Positions 45,812-56,073 of a DNA stretch of 59,552 nucleotides are shown piece after piece. The position numbers and the translations under genes were made by a program. Position 1 is the stretch's first letter. Every line of letters begins with the position of its first letter. The notes beneath the pieces are model-generated. The model did not search any database, had not been told where the DNA came from, and worked only from the letters and a program-made list of their open reading frames with translations. The stretch covers positions 1 to 59,552 of the forward strand of contig JAUUZA010000001.1 of NCBI GenBank assembly GCA_030590165.1, given 5' to 3'. This DNA is from Candidatus Altiarchaeota archaeon (GTDB taxonomy: Archaea; SpSt-1190).

Positions 45812-46797
45812 CTCTTCAAACCGGCAATTCCACCAAGACCATCAAGTCGCGATTGAGTATCTTTATTTCTACCAATAAGCATAATTTTTCCCCCTGTATA
45901 TTTTATCTTTTCGATAATACTCCGGAGTTTTGAATATTTCTTTGATTTTATTGACTCTGAAATAAATTTAGATGAAACTACTAATTCTAAAACATTTTTT
46001 TGTTCTACAAAATTAAGAACATCGTCCCACCCATAAAAAGCTTTATTATTATGAATATTATTAAAAACCCGATCGACTGCTTTTTGTTCTTCTGCTTCAC
46101 GAATTACTGCACCAATTTTTTCCAATGCTCCCCTTGAAATAACTTCACGCATTCCAGATTCACTCACTGAACTTGCTCCTTCAACAACATGTCGCATCTC
46201 CAAACTTGATGAAAATTTATCCTTAGTGAATCCAGGTCCGGCAACAACAACATATTCAGGTGAAATTTCTTTCAACCTCATTTTTATTTGCCCAAAGAAT
46301 GAACGATAATCTTCAACTTCGTCCGAACGTTTTGAAGGTAACCCACTCTTAATCCAGAATTTCTTACCCCCATGAACTATCAAAGCTTCATCCCTATCAA
46401 GAAGAACAAAAGCCACTTCAACCTGTTTCAACTTTGACTTCTTTAACATATCAATGTCTAGTGGACTCAAATCTTTCCAAATTTCCACTATTGATTTTTC
46501 ATCAATTGAAAAGCTATGACTCCCCTTAATATCCTCAGGACCTTCAACAATCTCCCCTTTAATCCTAAGATTTCCCGTATATTCCTGAAACTTCGTGGAA
46601 GCTACAGAAAGTTTAAGAAACATTGGTTTTTTTTCGGATTCAGACCTATCCCCTAATGAAAGTTTGATTTTACGAAGGGAGCGCATCCCAACAAGGTCGC
46701 CCTGTTTTAAAAGTTCAGAAATAAGCCAAAGGTCGTCTAAATTCTCGGGATTTAGCTTAACGTGGCCTTTTTTGATGTCGAGAGTAAGTATTCTCAC
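45805..46797 (-). CDS. pelA: Pelota (Dom34) mRNA surveillance factor
   Basis: MRILTLDIKKGHVKLNPENLDDLWLISELLKQGDLV is the canonical Pelota N-terminus. C-terminal eRF1 domain-3-like ...GGIAGLKRW. Confidence 0.85.
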   Translation of the reverse strand: MRILTLDIKKGHVKLNPENLDDLWLISELLKQGDLVGMRSLRKIKLSLGDRSESEKKPMFLKLSVASTKFQEYTGNLRIKGEIVEGPEDIKGSHSFSIDEKSIVEIWKDLSPLDIDMLKKSKLKQVEVAFVLLDRDEALIVHGGKKFWIKSGLPSKRSDEVEDYRSFFGQIKMRLKEISPEYVVVAGPGFTKDKFSSSLEMRHVVEGASSVSESGMREVISRGALEKIGAVIREAEEQKAVDRVFNNIHNNKAFYGWDDVLNFVEQKNVLELVVSSKFISESIKSKKYSKLRSIIEKIKYTGGKIMLIGRNKDTQSRLDGLGGIAGLKRW

Positions 46798-46846
46798 AAA
46801 AAATTTATCTCGCTACTTTTAAATACTAAGCTTACTTCATCCTTAA

Positions 46847-47986
46847 GTGAAAGGCGTAGGAATTCCTGAAATTGTAATTGTATTGGGACTTTTAATTGTA
46901 TTAATCGCAGGTTTTCTACCCTCTGGAGCGCCTTCACAATCTAAAGAACTCCTTTTACTCAGCAAACAGGCAGGACCAATTGGTGCACAGGGATTCAATT
47001 ATGACCATATCCCGTTGGCCTCAAATTTAATTCTTTCAAAGGGTGTTGATGGTTCTCCTCTTTTTATTAAAAACAATCAAGTTGAAGTTGCAAAGGGGAT
47101 GATAACAACCCAAGAACAAGAAATTGAATTCTCAATCCCTTCAACTACTATTGATGAATTAAGTTCAGCAACACTTTCATTAACAATTGTTGAAACTAAT
47201 GAATATGGTCCTTTGAAAATTTTTCTTAATAATAAAGAAATTTGGTCTGACCTTGTTGAAGCCTCAGAATCTTTAAATATTCCACTGCCTTTAGAGGACT
47301 TATCTGAAAGCAATCTAATAAAAATTACAGCCGGATCATCTGGATGGAAAATTTGGTCCCCAACTTATTATATATTGGAAAAAATTCAAATAAAAGAAAA
47401 ATTAACTTCAGGTGAAGAAGCTAACTTTAATTTTGAACTCACCGATGAACAATTGGAAAAATTTGACAGAGGACGAATTTACATAGGTAATGTTAATCCT
47501 ATAATTCAAGGTGAACTTGCAATAATTCTAAATGACGAACGAATAATTTTTAGAGGTATCCCCGGAAAAGCAAGTTTTATAACTAGTTTCTCATCTGGTG
47601 CACAAAAAGAAAATACACTAACATTCAAACTTCTTGAAGATGGACATTATGACTTACGAAATCTCGAAGTCATTATTTTCACTGCAACAAATTCAACAGG
47701 CGGATTTTCAACAGAATTCACTATTCCAGTTGAAGAACTCTCAAAAATGAGAGCCGGAACAAAGGAAGGTTTAATTGAAATTGAAATTCTTGAAACCTCA
47801 GAAAATCTTTTAGAAATAATTTTGTCAGGAGAAACAGACACCGAATTATACAATAATATCCCTGAAAAGGGTAAAATTTCATTAAAATTCACAGGATTTG
47901 AAGCTACAAAAGATAACATTCTTACAATAAGAAGTAGCGGAGAATACAACCTAGGAACAATCAATATTAAATTGGTGGAGAAATGA
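46847..47986 (+). CDS. large pilin-like / adhesin-like protein with class III signal peptide
   Basis: GTG start. (M)KGVGIPEIVIVLGLLIVLIAG, 379 aa, beta-rich. Stop overlaps the next gene. Confidence 0.5.
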   Translation: MKGVGIPEIVIVLGLLIVLIAGFLPSGAPSQSKELLLLSKQAGPIGAQGFNYDHIPLASNLILSKGVDGSPLFIKNNQVEVAKGMITTQEQEIEFSIPSTTIDELSSATLSLTIVETNEYGPLKIFLNNKEIWSDLVEASESLNIPLPLEDLSESNLIKITAGSSGWKIWSPTYYILEKIQIKEKLTSGEEANFNFELTDEQLEKFDRGRIYIGNVNPIIQGELAIILNDERIIFRGIPGKASFITSFSSGAQKENTLTFKLLEDGHYDLRNLEVIIFTATNSTGGFSTEFTIPVEELSKMRAGTKEGLIEIEILETSENLLEIILSGETDTELYNNIPEKGKISLKFTGFEATKDNILTIRSSGEYNLGTINIKLVEK

Positions 47987-48831
47987 AAAAAAGTCATTTA
48001 GTTTTAGCACTTTTAGTGTTATTTGCAGGATGTACCTCTTCAGATTCTAAAACAAATACTGAAGAAGAACAGGATACTACAACACCAAAAATATATGGGA
48101 ACGAACTTTCCATTTCTTTTGAAGATTTTCCACAAACCATTTCAAGCGAAGCTTTGGAATATTTCAAAATAAAATTTGATGCAAACGAAAATATTGAAGG
48201 TGTAAAAATTTTAGTTTATAATCTTGGTTCTTTCATAAGTAGTTCTTGTGAAGGAAAAACAGCAGTAAGAGATATTTCAGAAGGAACTTCAAAACAAATT
48301 AGTTGCACTCTTAAAGTTGAAGATGCCCCTTATGATGAAGTTAATCAAAATTTAAAATTTGAAACCATTTATAAGATATCTCAAGATAAAGGTCAAATTG
48401 AATTTACTGTATATGATTCTTCTGATTTTGAAACTTCACATCCTTCTCTCAGTGAAACGGAAACTGAATTATCTATTGGTTCACTGAAACTTGACAGCGG
48501 AAATATAAAGGAAGGCGAACCTTTAAATGTTGAATTTGACATCACAAAAAGTTTAGGGAAGGGCGATATTTGTAATTGCAATATTGAAGAAATTATTTTC
48601 AAAATTCCAATCGGATTCTCAATTACAGGACTTTCTGGATGGAACCGTTATAGTTGTGGTAGCTTTTCCTGTTTTAAAAAAGAAAATGTTGATTCTTCAG
48701 ATATTTCATTTACACTTTCTATTGCAGGAGTAACAAATACTGAAACTTTCCATTTAGGGCTTGAATTATACGGTATCTGGAAACAAATTGAAAGTTCAAA
48801 ATCAATAACAATACTTCCCATGAATGAATAA
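47983..48831 (+). CDS. putative lipoprotein / secreted protein
   Basis: MKKSHLVLALLVLFAGCTSS is a lipobox-like LFAGC. 282 aa, acidic T/S/E-rich. Confidence 0.45.
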   Translation: MKKSHLVLALLVLFAGCTSSDSKTNTEEEQDTTTPKIYGNELSISFEDFPQTISSEALEYFKIKFDANENIEGVKILVYNLGSFISSSCEGKTAVRDISEGTSKQISCTLKVEDAPYDEVNQNLKFETIYKISQDKGQIEFTVYDSSDFETSHPSLSETETELSIGSLKLDSGNIKEGEPLNVEFDITKSLGKGDICNCNIEEIIFKIPIGFSITGLSGWNRYSCGSFSCFKKENVDSSDISFTLSIAGVTNTETFHLGLELYGIWKQIESSKSITILPMNE

Positions 48832-48891
48832 ATTTTTTAATGTTTAATCTCTCTTTCGCTAAAAATCAATAAAGCTTTTCAAATTTTTTCA

Positions 48892-51543
48892 CTAAATTAC
48901 TTCTCGCATTATCTCATCTTCAGGAGTTCCTTTTATTTTTGGAAGTAAAAATTTCCAGAAAGCAAACCCAAATGCACCCAAAATAAGAGGTATAATTATT
49001 AAAGCAAAATTAAATCCCTCTTCATCTATTTCTTTAAAGAGAATATTTTCTGCATTATTAAACCTCAACTTTGCAGTAGAATAACGATTTTCAGAAATTG
49101 CTTGTTCAGCTTCATTAAGATAATCAACCACATCATAATATTCTCGTTCACTTAACAATTCACGTTTTTCTTCTAGAATCTTTTTATTACGCTCAAGTCG
49201 ATTAATCAACACATTGGCTTCTGCACTAACATATATTTCAATGTCTTCTGAAATGACAATATGAAATGTATTTGAAATAAGTTCAATTTCAATTTCTTCA
49301 GAACCAATATCTGACAAAGACGGTGACATCTCCAACTTAATCTTTGCTTCACCTTTTTCAGTTACAATCTTATTTGGAAGTGAAATCCAAGGAGGACCAG
49401 TGAAAGATAATGAAAAAGCATCATCAAGACCTCCCGTTCTTAAAGTTAAATTAACTATTTGAGAAGAACCTGGAGACACTCCATATTCTTCTTTAAAAAT
49501 TAATTCAGGTTCAAACTTCCCAATATGAACGGTTAACGGAAAATCAATTGAGTGCGTTCTTGTTTTTACATTTATATATACTTGAAGTTCTTCAACTTCA
49601 AAATATTCGGGAGGGCGTAAATCAATTTCTATATCCTTTGAGGAATACGCATCTAAATATATAAATGACCGCATATTAATGATGTCATCACTTGGTTCAA
49701 AATCAATTTCAAACCCTTCACCAGCATTATTCTTTAAAATATATTCATAAGAAACTGACTCTCCTGAAATTGCTTTTAGTTCATAGGGTCCAATTAATTC
49801 AATGACTTTCGGACCCTCAACAAAAACGGTTTTTGTAACCTCTCTGTCATCAAGAGTACTTAAATCAATTGAAAATAATATTAAATTTACTTCATCAACA
49901 CTTGAACAAGTCTCAGACATATCTGTCCCAACATCTTCTAATTCATTTTCAAAAGAAATTAAAAATAAATAAAGGTCTTCACGTTCATTTCTAAAATATT
50001 CAGAATCTTCTTCCTCTTGAATTCCTTCTACAAAATCTTCAATAATTCCTAAAAGCCTTTCAGTATCTGAAAATAAACTATTTGCTTCTTCTGATGTCAT
50101 TTTTAATTTTTCAGCATCAACTATATCTTTAAGAGTTAAAAGGGTTTCAATTTCAAGAGTATTTAAATTGGCTGTTAATTCATAAACTACTTTTCCCAAC
50201 ATCCAAACCTTTCTACCGGCATTAAATGCTCTTGTATTATCTTCAGTCATTGCACATGACCCCCCTACATCAAACTCAACTACATCTCTATTTATTTCAC
50301 CTACTTCAGCAATGAGTGAACTTACTCCTCTCCTAATATAAAGAGCTGGTTCAGTATAAACATAATAAAACATTAAGGGTGAAACAGTTCCAGAAGAATA
50401 AACTACAACTGAAAAATTATTTTCCTCATATGCATTCACTTCCGATATATCTCTTAAATTCACTTCTAAATTTGATTGTGTTTGAGGTCGTAAAACTAAA
50501 TCAAATGTTTTAATTCCAAGTTCCTCGGATGAAACATTAAATTGAAGTGTTTGTGAACCAATTTGAAGTTCAGGAACAGTATAAGATAATTTAATAACTT
50601 TTTCTCCCCCCTTATCAATAGTTCCAGGGTCAGTAACAGATAAAGACCAACCAGCCAATTCACCAAGACCAACACCCAAAACATCAACAAACACATCAAA
50701 TTCATCTAATAAAGAACCTGTATTTTTTAGTAATAAATCTAAAGAATAACTTTCCCCTGGTCTGAATTTTGGAATTTCAGGAACTTCAAGTTCAAAATCA
50801 TAAAATAAAAAAGTTTCATCAAATAATAAAAATGACTTTGTCTCAGTTTTTGCAACAACATAGGTAGTGTATATACCTCTTGAAACATTCAAACTTTCAT
50901 ATTCAAATCTACTTTCCTTAATTATTTCATCAGAACCAGAACCACTTGCATGAAGATCAACACGTGTAGATTCTTTCAATTCATTATCTAAAAAAACAGA
51001 AATAAAAACTTCTAAATCTTCAACCTCATTATTTTTTAAATCAAATTCAAATTTATGTGTTGATTGATTAAAATTTACTTCAGCATTTAAATTCAAAAGA
51101 GAATCATCCAAAAATAAATCATTCACTAATTCCCAATTAGCTTGACTACATTTTGGGTAACCTTCACTATCATTCACAACAAGTCTAAAAAATATTGGTC
51201 TATCGTCCGACCAAGTTGATGGGATAAAATAAGAATAATTTACGCCTGCATGAATTAGACTAACTAAAGGATAATTAAATCCGGGAAGAATTTGTGTTTC
51301 TGCCCCAGCAGAAGTCGCAAAAGAAAAATCAGGGATATATTTCACTTGGTCCTCTTCAGATACCACATCTAAAGTTATGAATCCTGAACTTTCCCTATAT
51401 TTTGAAGCATTAAAATAAATTACAAAATCTGAACAATCTTTCTCACTACATCTATCTTCAAAATCAGCCCATTCAAATTCATCAAAGGTACAAGAAGCAA
51501 AAATTACTGAAAAAAGTAGAAACATTATTAATATTTTTTTCAC
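48892..51543 (-). CDS. large surface protein with lipobox-like signal and C-terminal TM anchor
   Basis: 883 aa. MKKILIMFLLFSVIFASC (lipobox-like FASC), a long beta-rich ectodomain with repeated V/E/L-rich segments, C-terminal helix ALIIIPLILGAFGFAFW and a short basic tail. 4-nt overlap with rfcS. Confidence 0.5.
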   Translation of the reverse strand: MKKILIMFLLFSVIFASCTFDEFEWADFEDRCSEKDCSDFVIYFNASKYRESSGFITLDVVSEEDQVKYIPDFSFATSAGAETQILPGFNYPLVSLIHAGVNYSYFIPSTWSDDRPIFFRLVVNDSEGYPKCSQANWELVNDLFLDDSLLNLNAEVNFNQSTHKFEFDLKNNEVEDLEVFISVFLDNELKESTRVDLHASGSGSDEIIKESRFEYESLNVSRGIYTTYVVAKTETKSFLLFDETFLFYDFELEVPEIPKFRPGESYSLDLLLKNTGSLLDEFDVFVDVLGVGLGELAGWSLSVTDPGTIDKGGEKVIKLSYTVPELQIGSQTLQFNVSSEELGIKTFDLVLRPQTQSNLEVNLRDISEVNAYEENNFSVVVYSSGTVSPLMFYYVYTEPALYIRRGVSSLIAEVGEINRDVVEFDVGGSCAMTEDNTRAFNAGRKVWMLGKVVYELTANLNTLEIETLLTLKDIVDAEKLKMTSEEANSLFSDTERLLGIIEDFVEGIQEEEDSEYFRNEREDLYLFLISFENELEDVGTDMSETCSSVDEVNLILFSIDLSTLDDREVTKTVFVEGPKVIELIGPYELKAISGESVSYEYILKNNAGEGFEIDFEPSDDIINMRSFIYLDAYSSKDIEIDLRPPEYFEVEELQVYINVKTRTHSIDFPLTVHIGKFEPELIFKEEYGVSPGSSQIVNLTLRTGGLDDAFSLSFTGPPWISLPNKIVTEKGEAKIKLEMSPSLSDIGSEEIEIELISNTFHIVISEDIEIYVSAEANVLINRLERNKKILEEKRELLSEREYYDVVDYLNEAEQAISENRYSTAKLRFNNAENILFKEIDEEGFNFALIIIPLILGAFGFAFWKFLLPKIKGTPEDEIMREVI

Positions 51544-52505
51544 ACATTTTCTCTCCTTAAAGATGCAATTCTAGCAAGTAAAGCATCCAATTGGATTACT
51601 TCAGTCGCTCCCTCAAGCATACGAAATTCAAACTCACCAATAATATTTATCAGCTCCGCCTTTTTCTTGTCAGCTAAGCTTCCATTTACAATTAAAGAAT
51701 GCATTTCCTTAATAATTAAATCTCCACTAACTCCCTTAGTTACAAGCAAACTAAGCATTACACTTCTAGCCTCTGAAAATTTGCCAGCTATGGCCAAATC
51801 CATCATTTTCTTTAAATCTTCTGGTTTCGCCCTAGCTGAAGCTTCATAGACATCTTCTCGTGTAACATGATTATTCAATGCCGCTGACGCCTGTAAAAGA
51901 TTAATGACATATCTAGCATCTCCTGCGGCAATCTCAGTTAAAGCATCGTATGCCTCTTTATCAACTGTCAATCCTTCTTTTTTAGCTACTTTCTCAATCA
52001 AGATTTTTATGTCGGCATCAACAAAACTTTTTAATCTAAAAACGACTGTACGACTCTGAATTGGCTCTATTATTTTACTAGGATAATTACAACTCAAGAC
52101 AAACCTACAAGTTTTACTAAATAACTCCATTGTTCTACGCAATGCTTGCTGGGCATCCTTAGTAAGTGCATCTGCCTCATCAAGGAAAATAATTTTAAAA
52201 TCTCCACCAAGTGGTCGCGTCCTTGCAAAATCCTTCACTTTAACTCTGACAACATCAATTCCTCGTTCATCACTAGCATTAAGTTCAAAATAATTATCGT
52301 GCCAATGTTCACCAAAAAGTTCTCTTGCTAAACATATTGTTGCTGTAGTTTTACCAACCCCAGGAGGACCAGCAAACATTAAGTGAGGAATAGACCCATC
52401 CTTGACAAAAGCTTCTAATCTACTTACAATATGTCTTTGATTTATCATTTCTGAAAGTTTAGACGGTCGATACTTTTCCGTCCAAATTTGAGTAAAATCT
52501 GCCAT
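51540..52505 (-). CDS. rfcS: replication factor C small subunit
   Basis: ...IWTEKYRPSKLSEMINQRHIVSRL...HLMFAGPPGVGKTTA...DEAD-like FLDEADAL...SRC motif (LSCN), 321 aa, no intein. Confidence 0.9.
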   Translation of the reverse strand: MADFTQIWTEKYRPSKLSEMINQRHIVSRLEAFVKDGSIPHLMFAGPPGVGKTTATICLARELFGEHWHDNYFELNASDERGIDVVRVKVKDFARTRPLGGDFKIIFLDEADALTKDAQQALRRTMELFSKTCRFVLSCNYPSKIIEPIQSRTVVFRLKSFVDADIKILIEKVAKKEGLTVDKEAYDALTEIAAGDARYVINLLQASAALNNHVTREDVYEASARAKPEDLKKMMDLAIAGKFSEARSVMLSLLVTKGVSGDLIIKEMHSLIVNGSLADKKKAELINIIGEFEFRMLEGATEVIQLDALLARIASLRRENV

Positions 52506-52551
52506 ACTTTGTTTTTATTCAAAGATATAAAAGAATAACCACCTTAATATT

Positions 52552-53067
52552 TTATTCAAACGCTGGCTTTATTGAAGTTGATTCAAACACGCCGTCATAT
52601 TTTTTTTGAATTTCCCAAGGATAAACTATCCAATCAATTACATTATTGACTGCATACAAATCTGGTTGAAAAGATGTGTGTTTTTTTACATGGAGTGCAG
52701 CAGTAATTACTTTGTATCCTTGTATTTCAAATTCTTTTTTCATTGTAGCTAATGTATCCCCAGTATCAACAATGTCATCAATTAAAACTGCAATTTCGCC
52801 TGTTTCTAAGGCTTTTTCCTTTGGCACTTGATAAATGTCAAGTTCTCCCTTAGTTTTACCCTCATAAGAACGCACACCAACAGAAAATAATTTACGGTTT
52901 CCCAATTCGCGTGAAATAAAGACAGCAGGAATCCATCCTCCCTTTGCTAAACCAAAAATTTTGCTATCTCTCCCCTCAATTTCATTATAAATTTCTTTTG
53001 CTAAATTAGAACTCAAATCCATTACCTCGGCAAAGGACACATATTTTATTCCTCCCCAAACCATCAT
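52552..53067 (-). CDS. type I phosphoribosyltransferase (purine PRTase-like)
   Basis: PRPP-binding motif AVLIDDIVDTGDTL. 171 aa. Confidence 0.65.
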   Translation of the reverse strand: MMVWGGIKYVSFAEVMDLSSNLAKEIYNEIEGRDSKIFGLAKGGWIPAVFISRELGNRKLFSVGVRSYEGKTKGELDIYQVPKEKALETGEIAVLIDDIVDTGDTLATMKKEFEIQGYKVITAALHVKKHTSFQPDLYAVNNVIDWIVYPWEIQKKYDGVFESTSIKPAFE

Positions 53068-53132
53068 TACCTTAGTTCAGTTAGTTTAAATTTATGCCCT
53101 CATTAATTTAAACCGACAGATTTTCTTCAGAT

Positions 53133-54821
53133 ATGCGTAAATTGATGCTTGTATTCTTATTGTTTTTTCATGTTTTTGCAGCATCCCTGAGTGTTCCAGC
53201 AGTAAACACTGAAGGCCTTGGAATTTCTGCTACCTTAATTTGTGAAGTAAATCCAGGAAATGGACGAATTTTAGTATCAACTAATCCATTAATTGGAATA
53301 GATACTCAAGAATCTGAAAAATTAGCAGTCAATTTTGTTTCAGAAACTCTTAATATTGATATGTCCACAAAGGATATAATTTTTATCTTCGAATCAAACA
53401 ACACTCAAAGTATTGACGGAGGAAGTGCAGGCGTCTCTATGGCACTTTGTTTAATTTCTGAATTAACAAACACCCCATTAACAAAGGGAGTAAGTATTAC
53501 AGGAACCTTAAACGAAGACGGAACTATTGGAGTCGTTGGAGGAATATTACCTAAACTTAATTCAATTTCACAAATATCTTCTGTTTTTTTAGTTCCACAA
53601 GGTCAAACACAAATTTCAACTTATACAAAAACCTATGTTTCTCCAAAACCGGGAATATATATTGAGGAATTCCAAGCACTAAAAATTAATGTAAGTGAAT
53701 ATGGAAAAGAAAAGTTAGGGGTAAATGTTATTGAAGTAAAAACAATTTCTGAAGCTGAACAATATTTCTTTTCGGAAACTTCTTACCTCAGACCAAGGCC
53801 AATCTTCACTCTTCCTGAATTTGAAAAACAAGAAAGAATGACTCAAATTGCAAAATACGAAATTGAAAAAGCTAAGAAAGCAGTAGCTGAAACAAATTCG
53901 TCTTCAGCTGATGAATTTTTACAAAAAGCAATAAATGTTCAAGAAGGATACCATTATACTCAATCAAACTTTGCCTTTCTTGCTTATGTCATAGCAAATC
54001 CTGAATTTAAGGACATATCCTCTGCTACAAATGAATTAAAAAAACAATTAATAAAGTTAGAAACAAGTGACCCTTATTGGCGTGCAGAAAGTGAAATGAG
54101 AATTAGTTGGGCCATGTTTAATGAAGATTTCAGCCCAGCAAAAAAAGAATGGCTCATGCTTAGTACAAAAATGTTATCCTTGGAAAACTTTACTGGTGAT
54201 GTAATAGATATTGAATGGGTAAAAAATTTAGCTGACATAAAAATCATTGAAGCCAAGAGTGAAATTGAAATAATAGGATGTTGTGGAATTGATATTAGTG
54301 AAGCAAAAAATAGTTTAAATTATGCAATAAAATCATTTGAAAATGAAATGTACTTTTCTGCATTATATAATTCACTTGACGCAATTGCTTGGGCAAGAGC
54401 TAGCGAAACATCAAATTTTGTTTTGTCTGACCTTTTGTCAAATGCTTCAATAATGAAAGATGAATTTTCAGAAAGCTATCGACGTCATGCCTTTTTCTTG
54501 GCAAATGAAGGTGACTATAAAGTTGCGGCATATTCTTTATTCAGGGCAGAACTTCGCCAAGGAATCTTTGATAAAAGCGACACAGGGATTTTTTCATTCA
54601 CTTTTCCAAGTTTTGACTGGAAACTTGCAATTATTTTCATTCTATTTTATTATGTATTCAAAAATAAAAAATCAAATAAAACTGCCGTATTAAATCAGGA
54701 GGAACTTATGTTATTAACAGAAGCAAGAGCTAATGCAATAAAAATCCTACAGAAAAAATTAAAAGTCAATGAAATTGATGAAAAAACATATTTCAAGCTC
54801 ATAAAAGAGTTGGGTGGTTAA
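53133..54821 (+). CDS. secreted/membrane-anchored Lon-like (S16) protease domain protein without ATPase
   Basis: Signal peptide MRKLMLVFLLFFHVFAAS, then SIDGGSAGVSMALCLIS (Lon catalytic Ser context DGPSAG) and TGTLNEDGTIGVVGGILPK (Lys of the dyad in the GG..K context). Long helical C-terminal half and a C-terminal TM helix WKLAIIFILFYYVF. Confidence 0.55.
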   Translation: MRKLMLVFLLFFHVFAASLSVPAVNTEGLGISATLICEVNPGNGRILVSTNPLIGIDTQESEKLAVNFVSETLNIDMSTKDIIFIFESNNTQSIDGGSAGVSMALCLISELTNTPLTKGVSITGTLNEDGTIGVVGGILPKLNSISQISSVFLVPQGQTQISTYTKTYVSPKPGIYIEEFQALKINVSEYGKEKLGVNVIEVKTISEAEQYFFSETSYLRPRPIFTLPEFEKQERMTQIAKYEIEKAKKAVAETNSSSADEFLQKAINVQEGYHYTQSNFAFLAYVIANPEFKDISSATNELKKQLIKLETSDPYWRAESEMRISWAMFNEDFSPAKKEWLMLSTKMLSLENFTGDVIDIEWVKNLADIKIIEAKSEIEIIGCCGIDISEAKNSLNYAIKSFENEMYFSALYNSLDAIAWARASETSNFVLSDLLSNASIMKDEFSESYRRHAFFLANEGDYKVAAYSLFRAELRQGIFDKSDTGIFSFTFPSFDWKLAIIFILFYYVFKNKKSNKTAVLNQEELMLLTEARANAIKILQKKLKVNEIDEKTYFKLIKELGG

Positions 54822-55491
54822 TTTGCATGTCGTAATAATTGAACCCGAATATGGGGACAATCTTGGTTTAATCGCAAGAGTTATAAAAAATTTTGGAGCT
54901 GAAGGTTTAGTTTTAGTTAATCCTAAGATTGAAATTGAAGACGCTCGACAACGTGCAATGCACGCACAAGATATTCTTGATAACACTTTAATAGTGAATG
55001 ATTGGTCAATAGTTCGTAAAAAATTTTCTTATCTAGTTGGCTCAACTGCAAAACCTGCGAATGAATATAATGTTAATCGTGCCTCACTTTTTCCATGGGA
55101 AATTCCAAATGTCAAAAATATGGCACTTGTTATTGGACGGGAAAGTAATGGGCTAACAAATAAAGAACTTGAAGAATGTGATGCCATTGTTAGAATTCCC
55201 ACTTCCCCTCTCTATAGAACAATGAATATTACGCATGCAGTTGCAGTTTTACTATATGAAATGACAAAGGAGAAAGAGAAAAAAACAATAGCAGCCCCCA
55301 TACTTCGAACCCAAATTTATTCCTTTTGGGAGGCTTTACTCAATAAATTAAAGTATCCAATAAACAAAAAAAGAATTCAAACCCTCCTATTCAAACGAAC
55401 TCTTGAACGAGCGGCCCTTACAAGTCGGGAAGCCCACGGAATTGCAGGTGTTTTATCAAAAACTTTGAAACAATTAACACCAAAAGATTAA
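54814..55491 (+). CDS. SPOUT (SpoU/TrmH-like) RNA 2'-O-methyltransferase
   Basis: VVIIEPEYGDNLGLIARVIKNFGA...LVIGRESNGL...NITHAVAVLLYE, the three SpoU motifs. Confidence 0.65.
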   Translation: MVNLHVVIIEPEYGDNLGLIARVIKNFGAEGLVLVNPKIEIEDARQRAMHAQDILDNTLIVNDWSIVRKKFSYLVGSTAKPANEYNVNRASLFPWEIPNVKNMALVIGRESNGLTNKELEECDAIVRIPTSPLYRTMNITHAVAVLLYEMTKEKEKKTIAAPILRTQIYSFWEALLNKLKYPINKKRIQTLLFKRTLERAALTSREAHGIAGVLSKTLKQLTPKD

Positions 55492-55515
55492 TATCCTACT
55501 CAAAAAAGAGCTAAT

Positions 55516-56073
55516 ATGAAAGTTATTGTAGTTGGCGTTCCAGGTGCTGGAAAGACAAGCGTTGCTAAGGGACTAGAAAATTATGGATGGACTGTTGTAA
55601 CCTTTGGTACTTTTATGTTTGAAATAGCAAAAAAGGATTACGGAATTACTCATCGAGACCACATGAGAATTAAAATTAAAGCAAATGAATACAAAAAACT
55701 CCAAGAAAAAGCAGCCAAGGAAATTGCTAAACTCAAAGGAAAAATTGTTATTGACACTCATTTATCAATAAAGAAACCTGAAGGTTATTATCCGGGATTA
55801 CCTGAGAATGTATTAAAAAAACTTCAACCGGACGCAATGGTATTAGTTGAAGCCGATGGAAAAGAAATTGACCTAAGGCGAGAAAAAGATGCAGGAGAAA
55901 GAATGAGAGATGGAGATTCAACTGAACATCAACAAGTGAATAGATATTTTGCAGCGGCTTGCTCAGTAATTTCACGTATCCCAATTTCATTTATTAATAA
56001 TAAACAAGGAAAATTGAATGAAACTGTTGAAAAAATTGCTGATTTTCTAAAAAAGGTAGGAGAAGATGGGTAA
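55516..56073 (+). CDS. adkA: adenylate kinase, archaeal type
   Basis: MKVIVVGVPGAGKTSV (P-loop), 185 aa archaeal AdkA layout. Confidence 0.8.
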   Translation: MKVIVVGVPGAGKTSVAKGLENYGWTVVTFGTFMFEIAKKDYGITHRDHMRIKIKANEYKKLQEKAAKEIAKLKGKIVIDTHLSIKKPEGYYPGLPENVLKKLQPDAMVLVEADGKEIDLRREKDAGERMRDGDSTEHQQVNRYFAAACSVISRIPISFINNKQGKLNETVEKIADFLKKVGEDG

